A stretch of DNA of 64,000 nucleotides from Tidjanibacter sp. (GTDB taxonomy: Bacteria > Bacteroidota > Bacteroidia > Bacteroidales > Rikenellaceae). How positions within the stretch are numbered: position 1 is the first letter of the stretch; every line of letters starts with the position of its first letter. Shown piece by piece: positions 20,150 to 28,501 of this stretch. Below the pieces are notes generated by a model. The model was not told the origin of the DNA and searched no databases. It saw only the letters and a program-made list of their open reading frames with translations. The stretch covers positions 91,572 to 155,571 of the forward strand of contig JAZORC010000002.1 of the NCBI GenBank assembly GCA_045656405.1. The letters run 5' to 3'. A program made the position numbers and the translations under genes.

Positions 20150-20253
20150 ATTCCTCTTCTATTTTGCTTTTTGCGTTTTGGGATAGGCTGCGGGCTCGAT
20201 CCTTCTTTTGGCACAAAAATCCCTCCACAAAACCCACTCGCGGGGAAAAGATG

Positions 20254-20281
20254 TCTAACGTCCAACGTCTAACGTCTAACG
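20254..20281 (+). repeat. TCTAACG heptamer array (4 copies)
   Basis: TCTAACG TCCAACG TCTAACG TCTAACG. Confidence 0.92.
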
Positions 20282-20311
20282 ACGCGGGCAACAAGTCGCC
20301 CGAGGAATTAT

Positions 20312-20365
20312 TAAGGTCATTAAGGACTTTAAGGATATTAATGTCCCTAACTTCCCTAACTTCCC
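20312..20365. repeat. Degenerate 9-mer array (6 units)
   Basis: TAAGGTCAT TAAGGACTT TAAGGATAT TAATGTCCC TAACTTCCC TAACTTCCC. Confidence 0.8.
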
Positions 20366-20402
20366 TATTGGGTAGAGCAAAGTCTGCACTAAAAGTTTTT
20401 GG

Positions 20403-20444
20403 TGAAGCTTTTTACAAAAAGCTTCAAGAAAATTTGTACCTTTG
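20403..20444 (+). promoter_or_regulatory. clpP promoter with an 11-bp perfect palindrome over the -33 region
   Basis: TGAAGCTTTTT-AC-AAAAAGCTTCA (20403-20426) and TACCTTTG (20437-20444). Confidence 0.6.
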
Positions 20445-20508
20445 GGGTTTGATGGGTTGCATTGTGGTGTAACCTTTGCAATGACGAATTATAATAATAG
20501 GTAAGCAT

Positions 20509-21177
20509 ATGAAAAACGAATTCCAGAAGTTTGCCCTCTCGCAGGGTATCTCCTCGCTCAATTTGCACCGCTACCAATCGATAGTGGATGGCTATGTATC
20601 GCCCACCATCATCGAAGAGCGTAGCTTGAATGTGGCACAAATGGATGTCTTTTCGAGACTTATGATGGATCGCATCATCTTCCTCGGAGCCCCCATCGAC
20701 GACACCGTGGCCAACATTATTCAGGCACAACTCCTCTTCCTCGAAACTGCCAATCCCGAGCAGGATATCCAAATCTATCTCAACTCGCCTGGTGGTAGTG
20801 TATCGGCGGGTTTGGGCATCTACGACACTATGCAGCTTGTAGCCCCCGAGGTTTCGACCATCTGCACGGGTATGGCGGCAAGTATGGCCGCTGTGTTGCT
20901 TACTGCGGGTGCCAAGGGTAAGCGCTCGGCGTTGCCCCACTCGCGTGTGATGATTCACCAGCCTATGGGTGGTGTGCAGGGCCAGGCCTCGGATATTGAG
21001 ATTACTGCACGCGAGATTCTCAAATACAAGAGGGAACTCTATGAGATTCTCTCCAACCACTCGGGACAGCCCATTGAGAAGATTGAGGCCGATGCCGACC
21101 GCGACTATTGGATGCGTGCCGAGGAGGCCAAGGCCTATGGTTTGATTGACGAGGTGCTTGTGGGACGCAAAAAATAG
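20509..21177 (+). CDS. clpP: ATP-dependent Clp protease proteolytic subunit
   Basis: [34 protein letters not shown]. Confidence 0.97.
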   Translation: MKNEFQKFALSQGISSLNLHRYQSIVDGYVSPTIIEERSLNVAQMDVFSRLMMDRIIFLGAPIDDTVANIIQAQLLFLETANPEQDIQIYLNSPGGSVSAGLGIYDTMQLVAPEVSTICTGMAASMAAVLLTAGAKGKRSALPHSRVMIHQPMGGVQGQASDIEITAREILKYKRELYEILSNHSGQPIEKIEADADRDYWMRAEEAKAYGLIDEVLVGRKK

Positions 21178-21185
21178 TGTGAAAG

Positions 21186-22484
21186 ATGGGAAATAATAAA
21201 GATAACCGCCGAGGTGGTGGTATGGACTCCTGCTCATTCTGTGGTCGCAATGTGGCCGATGTGGGTATGCTCTTTTCGGGTATGAATGGGGCAACCATTT
21301 GTGATGAGTGTGTGGAGCGTGGCTATGAGGTTTTGCAGGAGCAGAACGCCACAAAGAAGAGAAAAGGGGCTGCGACTACCGCCATCAAACGCTCCGACTT
21401 GTTGAAGCCTGCCGAGATTAAGGCCTTTTTGGACAAGTATGTGATTGGTCAGGATGCTGCCAAGAGGACTCTCTCGGTGGCGGTCTATAACCACTACAAA
21501 CGCCTTCTGGCTGCGCAGGACAAGCAGACAATGGCCAAGAAGAACTCGCCCAACTCGGAGAGTGCAACGATTGATGATGTGGAGATTGAGAAGTCCAACA
21601 TCATTATGGTGGGTGAGACGGGTACGGGTAAAACCTTGCTGGCGAGGACTATTGCTCGATTGCTGAAAGTACCCTTCACGATTGTGGATGCTACGGTCTT
21701 GACCGAGGCTGGCTATGTTGGTGAGGATGTGGAGAGTATTCTCTCGCGCCTTTTGCAGGTTGCCGACTACAATGTGGAGCAGGCCGAGAGGGGTATTGTC
21801 TTCATTGACGAGGTGGATAAGATTGCCCGCAAGAGCGACAACCCTTCGATTACTCGTGATGTGAGTGGCGAGGGTGTGCAGCAGGCTCTGTTGAAGATTT
21901 TGGAGGGTACGGTGGTGAATGTACCTCCACAGGGAGGTCGCAAGCACCCCGAGCAGAAGTTTGTGCAGGTCAATACGAGCAACATTCTCTTCATCTGTGG
22001 CGGTGCATTCGATGGCATCGAGAAGAAGATTAGCCAGAGGCTCAATACGCGCGTTGTGGGCTACAATCAGGGTGCAGCGCAGTATGTCGATAGGAAGAAC
22101 ATTATGCAGTACATCACTCCCCAGGATTTGCGCTCCTTTGGCTTGATTCCCGAGTTGGTGGGCCGTATGCCTGTGCTGACCTACCTCCAACCCCTCGATA
22201 AGGAGATTTTGCGCCAGATTCTCACCGAGCCCAAGAACTCGATTATCAAACAGTACACCAAACTCTTTGAGTTGGATGGCGTGAAGATTTCGTTTGAGGA
22301 GGAGGTTTTGGACTTTGTTGTGGATAAGGCTGTGGAGTTCAAACTCGGTGCCCGCGGTTTGAGGAGCATCTGCGAGGCGATTGTTACGGATGCAATGTTT
22401 GAGTTGCCATCGTCGGGATTGCAGGAGTTCAAGGTGACGCTCGACTATGCCCGACCTCGCGTTGAGAAGATGAAAAAATGCTAA
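21186..22484 (+). CDS. clpX: Clp protease ATP-binding subunit
   Basis: Zn finger CSFC...ICDEC; GETGTGKT; [10 protein letters not shown]; [14 protein letters not shown]. Confidence 0.97.
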   Translation: MGNNKDNRRGGGMDSCSFCGRNVADVGMLFSGMNGATICDECVERGYEVLQEQNATKKRKGAATTAIKRSDLLKPAEIKAFLDKYVIGQDAAKRTLSVAVYNHYKRLLAAQDKQTMAKKNSPNSESATIDDVEIEKSNIIMVGETGTGKTLLARTIARLLKVPFTIVDATVLTEAGYVGEDVESILSRLLQVADYNVEQAERGIVFIDEVDKIARKSDNPSITRDVSGEGVQQALLKILEGTVVNVPPQGGRKHPEQKFVQVNTSNILFICGGAFDGIEKKISQRLNTRVVGYNQGAAQYVDRKNIMQYITPQDLRSFGLIPELVGRMPVLTYLQPLDKEILRQILTEPKNSIIKQYTKLFELDGVKISFEEEVLDFVVDKAVEFKLGARGLRSICEAIVTDAMFELPSSGLQEFKVTLDYARPRVEKMKKC

Positions 22485-22497
22485 AAGAATGAGTATC

Positions 22498-22538
22498 AAA
22501 AGAGAGGTGTGCTCCGCAGTGGGCACACCTCTCTTTTT
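22498..22538. terminator. Bidirectional terminator
   Basis: AAAAGAGAGGTGTGC...GCACACCTCTCTTTT. Confidence 0.85.
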
Positions 22539-22560
22539 GCAACACAAACTAAAAACTCAA

Positions 22561-22941
22561 TTACTTGACGGTCAAATCCACCACCGAGCCATCTGGGCCT
22601 ACAAGGTGGGTGGCGGAGGGAATGTTGAGGACCACTCGATTGTCGGTGGCGACAACGAGTGTGTCGCCCTCAATGCGCAACATCTCGGGGGTGGGGCGAC
22701 TGTGGGTGAAGCGTATTATGCTACTGCCGTCTGCCTTGATGTCGGTGTTGCCTGCAATGTAGTTCCAATTGCCACGCTCCATACGAATAACCTTAATGTC
22801 GGTAGCGTCAATCTGCTCCACAATGGGGCGCATAGCCTCTTTGGTCTCTCTGATTTGATGCACTCCATACCACACTTGGAAGGCCGCCAGGGCGGTGAGT
22901 GTGCAGGAGGTTGCAAGGAGTATTATGTTACTTGTTTTCAT
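22561..22941 (-). CDS. Hypothetical membrane-anchored protein, last gene of GntR/ABC operon
   Basis: N-terminal hydrophobic segment; overlaps the GntR gene stop. Confidence 0.65.
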   Translation of the reverse strand: MKTSNIILLATSCTLTALAAFQVWYGVHQIRETKEAMRPIVEQIDATDIKVIRMERGNWNYIAGNTDIKADGSSIIRFTHSRPTPEMLRIEGDTLVVATDNRVVLNIPSATHLVGPDGSVVDLTVK

Positions 22942-23308
22942 CTCTTTCTCGTTTTTGATAGTTGGTGTAAAGTTCTGTTAGCTCATTGGGGGTGAATCCG
23001 AGGGTTTCCATACGGCGGAAGAGCTCCATCAGGTCGCGTTCCACAAACTCCCTACGGCTCTCGGCAAGGGCCCTCTCGCGTGCTCCCTCCGAAATGAAGT
23101 AGCCGATACCGCGCGAGGGGGTAATAATGCCACCCTGACACAGAGCGTCGTAGGCTCGCATCACGGTGTTGGGATTGACCTGCAACTCCACCGCGAGCTC
23201 CCTGACGGAGGGTGCGCGGTCGCCCTCGTGCCAAGCACCGAGGATTATGCGCTCCACGACTATGTCGTAGATGTGCAGGTAGATGGGTTTATTTGTTCCG
23301 AACTCCAT
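22928..23308 (-). CDS. GntR family (YtrA subfamily) transcriptional regulator
   Basis: PIYLHI, PSVRELAVELQVNPNTVMRAY, RGIGYFI; short C-terminus. Confidence 0.93.
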   Translation of the reverse strand: MEFGTNKPIYLHIYDIVVERIILGAWHEGDRAPSVRELAVELQVNPNTVMRAYDALCQGGIITPSRGIGYFISEGARERALAESRREFVERDLMELFRRMETLGFTPNELTELYTNYQKRERDENK

Positions 23309-23314
23309 AGTGTG

Positions 23315-24103
23315 CTACTTTGCTTGATACTCTTTGAACTTGAACCACGAGGCCACCACGAGCATTGTGGGGAGCACAAAGGTGTGCCAATGTGCGAGGG
23401 CGAAAAGACGCTCTGTCTCGAATTCGAGTTGGGTGCCACCCACGGTCAGCGAACTCTCAAAGAGCGAAGTAAAGAATGGTACGTTGAGCTGTGCAACACT
23501 CGCACCATCGCCTGCGGGAAGCAGCAACACGGGGAGAGCGTGAACGAGTATCAATACCGCCCAAATGAGAAACATAGGCTTTGCCACGTTACCTTTGTGT
23601 GCCATTGTGCAAGCGAGAACGGCGGTGGAGTAGAAGAGAATTGCGACCTCAAAGATGGGGCCCAAACCCGCAAACCACATACCTACAATAGAGTTGTTTT
23701 CTGCCCAATAGGGGATGAAGTCGGAGGCGTGGTCGTGGACAATGCTTGCGGGAATCTCAAAGAGCGACACGGCAAGTGCTGTGAGGAATATGGGGTTGAG
23801 CACTCCGAAGAGGAATTTTTCGCCCATCGTTGCGGGGATAGTGAAGGCTCTCACCTGCTCATCTGTGCGAATGTATGGGAAAAAACTATTCTTGGAGGCA
23901 ATGATGGGGGTCATAATAAAGGCAAAGATGGCACACACCTCCATCGCATCGGGCGAGGGGTATTCGCCACGCAGACAGCCCCACATTGCATAGGCAAGAA
24001 AAAGGAGGTAGATACCTGCGCAAATAAGGTAGTTCTGGCGGTTCTCGATGTAGTGCTTGCGAATCAGCAGCCAAAAACGGCGCAAAGAAAAGGTCTGTTT
24101 CAT
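23315..24103 (-). CDS. Putative ABC-2 type permease
   Basis: About 6 TM segments; FSLRRFWLLIRK start; follows the ABC ATPase. Confidence 0.7.
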   Translation of the reverse strand: MKQTFSLRRFWLLIRKHYIENRQNYLICAGIYLLFLAYAMWGCLRGEYPSPDAMEVCAIFAFIMTPIIASKNSFFPYIRTDEQVRAFTIPATMGEKFLFGVLNPIFLTALAVSLFEIPASIVHDHASDFIPYWAENNSIVGMWFAGLGPIFEVAILFYSTAVLACTMAHKGNVAKPMFLIWAVLILVHALPVLLLPAGDGASVAQLNVPFFTSLFESSLTVGGTQLEFETERLFALAHWHTFVLPTMLVVASWFKFKEYQAK

Positions 24104-24116
24104 AGTTGTATTGGGG

Positions 24117-24953
24117 TTATTTAGTTGAGGGGTTTAGGATACTCTTTATCTCTTCACGCTGGGAGGTCGCCACGCCAAAGAGCAGTTCGAGGTCAATGTT
24201 GCTCTCGGCATCGGTGGTATTGGGGCGCACCGTTGCATAGCCTCCGAGCGAGGGGGTGGAGTAGAGGGCACCATCCGCGCTACTCTCGATGGCAAAGTGC
24301 AACTTTTGGCAAATGTCGTAGGTTGAGGCATCAACAATGAGCCCTCGGTTGTCGATGATGACAATGTGGTCGAGGAGATTCTCCACATCCTTCACCTGAT
24401 GGGTGGAGATGATGGCTGTGCGCTCGGGCGTTGCCCACTCGGCCAGCAGGCGACGAAATACCCCCTTCGAGGGGATGTCAAGACCATTGGTGGGCTCGTC
24501 GAGCAACAATAGTTGTGTGCCACACGCCATCGCAAAGGCAATGAGCATCTTCTTGCGACCACCCATCGAGAGGTTTTTCAGATTGACGGCAGGGTCAACC
24601 CCGAACTCCGCCAAAGCCCTCTCAAAGAAGTCGTGGTTGAAGGTGGGGTAGAATGGGGCAGTGGTGCGGAGATACTCCGAGGTTGTGATGTTGGGAAGGT
24701 CCATCTCCTCGGGCAGGATTGCAAGCGAGCTCATCATCGCGATGTTACGCTCCGAGGATTTGTAGCCCATAACCTCCACCGAGCCTTTGTCGGGAGTGAG
24801 GACACCTGCGAGGAGTTTCAGGAGCGTACTCTTGCCCGTTCCGTTGGCACCGAGCAGGCCATAGATTCGCCCCGCCTCAATGGTGAGTGAGAAATCGCGG
24901 TAGATGTACCCCTTGCCGCGATAACGAAATGTGAGATTCTTTACGGTAATCAT
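24117..24953 (-). CDS. ABC transporter ATP-binding protein
   Basis: Start taken at MITVKNL; GANGTGKST, LSMGG, LLLLDEPTNGLD, STH. Confidence 0.93.
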   Translation of the reverse strand: MITVKNLTFRYRGKGYIYRDFSLTIEAGRIYGLLGANGTGKSTLLKLLAGVLTPDKGSVEVMGYKSSERNIAMMSSLAILPEEMDLPNITTSEYLRTTAPFYPTFNHDFFERALAEFGVDPAVNLKNLSMGGRKKMLIAFAMACGTQLLLLDEPTNGLDIPSKGVFRRLLAEWATPERTAIISTHQVKDVENLLDHIVIIDNRGLIVDASTYDICQKLHFAIESSADGALYSTPSLGGYATVRPNTTDAESNIDLELLFGVATSQREEIKSILNPSTK

Positions 24954-24963
24954 AGTGTATCGG

Positions 24964-24994
24964 TGTATTAATGTATTAGTACAGTACAAAGGTA
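24964..24994 (-). promoter_or_regulatory. Promoter (-7 TACCTTTG, 24987-24994) with YtrA-type operator TGTATTAAT-GT-ATTAGTACA
   Basis: Near-perfect palindrome 24964-24983 overlapping the predicted TSS of an operon encoding a YtrA-type GntR. Confidence 0.7.
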
Positions 24995-25046
24995 GAGAAA
25001 AAATTGTTATCTCCAAATTTTTTCCTACGAAAAAGACAAAAAAAAG

Positions 25047-25080
25047 TCGCGGGTATCAATTCCGATACCCGCGAACAAAG
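25047..25080. repeat. Palindromic repeat TCGCGGGTATC-N6-GATACCCGCGAACAAAG
   Basis: Near-identical at 61814-61847; shorter variant at 59135-59158; probably acts as a terminator. Confidence 0.8.
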
Positions 25081-25116
25081 CTGATAGTTGGTGGCTAAAA
25101 GTTGATAGCCAACCGA

Positions 25117-25770
25117 TTAGAAGCGGTAGCCAACAGTAAGGCCAATGGAGATGTAGCGAATCTCGTCGGCGATGCGTGTGTAGTGCTCCGACTTAAATTG
25201 GTTCATATACCTCACATCGAAGGTCCAATCTTTCCAGTCGGCACCCATATCTACAACCCAACCCCAATGGTTACGGTTGAGCATCTCGGCAACCTCCGTC
25301 TGGTACTTGTTGTCCACATCCTTGAAGGCGAGGTTTGCGGAGGTGTATATATTAATGGTATAGGTTGCACCACCGCCCATACGCAGGGTGAACTCGTCGC
25401 TAACTCTATAACCAGCACCCGCCATTAGAGGGAAGTTGAAGCAGCCTGCCGAGGCGTGGTTGCCCTTGCCGAGGTAGAAGTCCATAGCCCAAGAGGCCTC
25501 CAATTGTCCATAGAGCATAAGTTTGCTCTTCTTGAAGGGAATCATACCGCGCATATAGCCACCCAACTGCACGCCGAGGTTGGGGAAACCAAGCATTTGG
25601 TTGAGCGCTTCGGTGTTGCTCACGATATTCTGATAGGGGGATGCGAGTCCCACTTTGGGGCCGAAGATGAAGTTCTGCTGGCGCACCTCCTTGGCGCTCT
25701 TACCACTCTGGGCAAAGGCTGCGGTTGAGAGTATCACAACCATCAGTGCGCAAAAAATCTTTTTGGTCAT
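25117..25770 (-). CDS. Outer-membrane beta-barrel (PorT/OmpA-like porin family) protein
   Basis: Signal peptide; FGPKVG; alternating beta pattern; C-terminal TVGYRF. Confidence 0.8.
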   Translation of the reverse strand: MTKKIFCALMVVILSTAAFAQSGKSAKEVRQQNFIFGPKVGLASPYQNIVSNTEALNQMLGFPNLGVQLGGYMRGMIPFKKSKLMLYGQLEASWAMDFYLGKGNHASAGCFNFPLMAGAGYRVSDEFTLRMGGGATYTINIYTSANLAFKDVDNKYQTEVAEMLNRNHWGWVVDMGADWKDWTFDVRYMNQFKSEHYTRIADEIRYISIGLTVGYRF

Positions 25771-25820
25771 ATCTTTTTTGTTCTTCTTACTCTTGGTTAA
25801 ACTTACTCCTTGTGGGTGGC

Positions 25821-26975
25821 CTACTCAATGCTCCAACTGCCAAAGGGGAGTGGAGCATATTGGGGAGCCATACTACGGGTTTCGTCGTCGTAGTTGGTGT
25901 CGCTGAAAATCATAGAGTCACTACGCTCCATAGCGTCGTAGGTGCCAACCTTGCTACCCACCTTGTTGGTCTTGGCGTTGTATTCATAGATGTCGAAGCC
26001 ACAGGGGGTGTCGATAGAGAGGATTACTCCTCGACCATCTACATCAATCTCTTCGGTGGTCATTACAATCCTTTGACTGCCATCTGCCTCCTCTTTGCCG
26101 TAGAGTTTGAGGATTTGGCTCACCTCCTTCTGGCTGTTGTAGGCATTTGCCCAGATGGTGTCGTTCTGGAAGGCGTTGATGGGCTCAAAGAGCGTTGCAC
26201 CCTCCACCTCATTCTCCACGTCTTCCAGACTCTTCTCGTGCCATAATTTGTGGTCGTAGTCGGTACCATCGAAGACAATGGTGTTGGTCGAAGGCTCATA
26301 GAGGCCAAGCAGCCTTGGGCGCGAGAGGCCAAAGAGTTCGGAGGCTACATATTTGTACTTATCTACCTTCTGCACACGCATATAGAACTGACCCCTGCCC
26401 TCGCGAGTAGCATCGGTGGGTGCCGAGTAGGTGGTATCGTAGTAGCCAACCCTCACAAGAGGAGCATTCTCTGCGTCAATGATGGTCAGGATTGTTTCGG
26501 TCACATTGCCCATCTCGGAGCCCTCTACGCGGGTGAGGGTGAATCTAATCTCAATGGTCTCCTGTTGCAAGAGGGGCACCTTCTTGGCATTGAAATATAC
26601 CCTCTGATTATAGCCGCTATATGTCACCTCCAAACCGCTAATGGTTGCCGAGTAGTCGCCTGTGGGGGTTACGGTGTAGCTCTTGTCGGTGGTGATGAAA
26701 TCAATCACATCGTCAAGTTTGAGCCTATTGCCATTGGCATCCACACCCTTATTTTCGACCATCTCCACATTCATATCCACTACAACGGGGAATTGGTAGG
26801 GCGACTGCATAAGGTAGACCGAGATGTAGGCGTTCTCCTCGCCCTCTTCGCACTCGAATGTGGGGTAGCTAAACTCCACGTCGGTTGCTTTGGGCTCGGG
26901 GTTACACGAGGCGAGGGTGAGGGTTGTGGCGAGTGCCACAACTACCCAGCATATCTTTGAGATAAATTTCTCCAT
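25821..26975 (-). CDS. Hypothetical lipoprotein
   Basis: Start taken at MEKFISK; lipobox LAS-C; own -7 element at 27046-27053. Confidence 0.75.
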   Translation of the reverse strand: MEKFISKICWVVVALATTLTLASCNPEPKATDVEFSYPTFECEEGEENAYISVYLMQSPYQFPVVVDMNVEMVENKGVDANGNRLKLDDVIDFITTDKSYTVTPTGDYSATISGLEVTYSGYNQRVYFNAKKVPLLQQETIEIRFTLTRVEGSEMGNVTETILTIIDAENAPLVRVGYYDTTYSAPTDATREGRGQFYMRVQKVDKYKYVASELFGLSRPRLLGLYEPSTNTIVFDGTDYDHKLWHEKSLEDVENEVEGATLFEPINAFQNDTIWANAYNSQKEVSQILKLYGKEEADGSQRIVMTTEEIDVDGRGVILSIDTPCGFDIYEYNAKTNKVGSKVGTYDAMERSDSMIFSDTNYDDETRSMAPQYAPLPFGSWSIE

Positions 26976-27145
26976 ATTGAGACTCTTTGTATTTGTTTCG
27001 GACAATGTTTTTCTTCGTGTGCGCCCATAACACGCGCACATTATGCAAAGGTAACGCATTTTTGGAGAAAATAGTACAACATTCCCTCCAAATGCCAAAT
27101 TTTTGTGCAGATTTTCTCCTTTTTTTGGGCGAATGGTGGGGTTGT

Positions 27146-28498
27146 CTATTCGATAGAGTTGCGGTAGGTGTTGTAGAGCTGCATAACCGCATTGGTGTAG
27201 GCTATGGTGATGGGGGCGTCGCCAAATCGTCGCATCTTGTAGTCGCTGGTGGCTATCCACTCCGCATCGCTCATATTGGTCATCATCTGGGCAATATCAT
27301 CCCACGAAGCGCCATCTCCTCCCGCAGCCACCACCAGCCTCTGGGCTTCGAGGGTGCGGGTTATGCCACAGTTGTAGCTCGCCACAACGATTGCCGTTTG
27401 GTCGTCGGTAGTGGGCTCATCGCCAAAGCCCAGCGCGCGCGAACTTCTGCGTAGGAGTCTTGCCGCAAGCGAGATATTGGTGCTTGGGTCGGCAAGGTCG
27501 TAACCCTCCTCCAAACCAAAATCCTCGGCCACAATGGGGGTTACCTGCATCAATCCAACAGCCCCTTTGTGTGAAACCTGGTCGTTGCGGAATCTCGATT
27601 CGTAATATGCCATTGCCGACATAAGCCTCCAATCGACACCCACCTGTGAGGCGATATTTTTCAGTTGCGAGTCCCACACCGAGATGCCTTTGACTACCCT
27701 TGTAGGGCGATATTTGAGTTGTGTAAATCGTTCGGCAATAGATGTTTCGCCAAAATAGATATCGACCATTGTGGCATACTCCTCGGTGGTCGAGAATGTG
27801 CGCAGAGAGGATGCAAACTGCTCCTTTATTTGACCAGATGCAAAGACGAGTATCACCTCACAAGGCTCCTCAATGGCTGCAACCTCACACAGCGAGCGAT
27901 AGAGGAATTTCACCAACTCCGCCTCACTCCTCTCGCATATCATCGCATCGGCCCTGCCAGCCACAACCTTGCGTGCCATCTCCACGCCATCCATCTTTGT
28001 GGTGTCGCTCACAATGCCATTTCTCTCAAACTCCTTATAGGTGGCGTGGGTGCGGAAATGTGGGTCCGAGAGTACTCTCTTGCCCCTCCAAGCCTCACCA
28101 ATGGTGTGGCCCTTGGCAATAGCCATCCACGAGGGCATCAGCAGAACATAGTCGGTGGTGTAGAAACTCTCCGAGGGGAAGTCGTGGAGTGTCAAACGCT
28201 CCGAGCGAGGGACAACAGCGAGGTCAAACTTGCCACTCTTTAAGCCACGAGCTATGGAGTCGGTAGGGAGGTTGTGTGTGATTTTCAGACGGCAGCCCAA
28301 ATCTCGCGCCACGGTATCGGCTACATCAGGGGCAAAGCCATAGCGCTCACCGCTGACAACCGTACAGCCCGCCACCTCTCTCGAAATGGCAAGGTTCACC
28401 TCGCCACCAAAATCGTGCTTGCGCGGTCCATCGCAACCCACAATCATAAGGGGTGCAAGCAGGAGGGTGAGTAGTTGTCGCGGCAAGTGTTTTCTCAT
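27146..28498 (-). CDS. MltF-like lytic transglycosylase (substrate-binding plus SLT domains)
   Basis: Lipobox IVG-C; DWRLMSAMAYYESRF, GAVGLMQV, ASYNCG. Confidence 0.85.
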   Translation of the reverse strand: MRKHLPRQLLTLLLAPLMIVGCDGPRKHDFGGEVNLAISREVAGCTVVSGERYGFAPDVADTVARDLGCRLKITHNLPTDSIARGLKSGKFDLAVVPRSERLTLHDFPSESFYTTDYVLLMPSWMAIAKGHTIGEAWRGKRVLSDPHFRTHATYKEFERNGIVSDTTKMDGVEMARKVVAGRADAMICERSEAELVKFLYRSLCEVAAIEEPCEVILVFASGQIKEQFASSLRTFSTTEEYATMVDIYFGETSIAERFTQLKYRPTRVVKGISVWDSQLKNIASQVGVDWRLMSAMAYYESRFRNDQVSHKGAVGLMQVTPIVAEDFGLEEGYDLADPSTNISLAARLLRRSSRALGFGDEPTTDDQTAIVVASYNCGITRTLEAQRLVVAAGGDGASWDDIAQMMTNMSDAEWIATSDYKMRRFGDAPITIAYTNAVMQLYNTYRNSIE

Positions 28499-28501
28499 AG
28501 G

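Noticed and set aside
26976-27260. N-terminal ORF extensions in the track (also 32518, 51289, 59246, 62833, 62141, 25016)
   Set aside because: Downstream ATGs match family starts, signal peptides and promoter positions.
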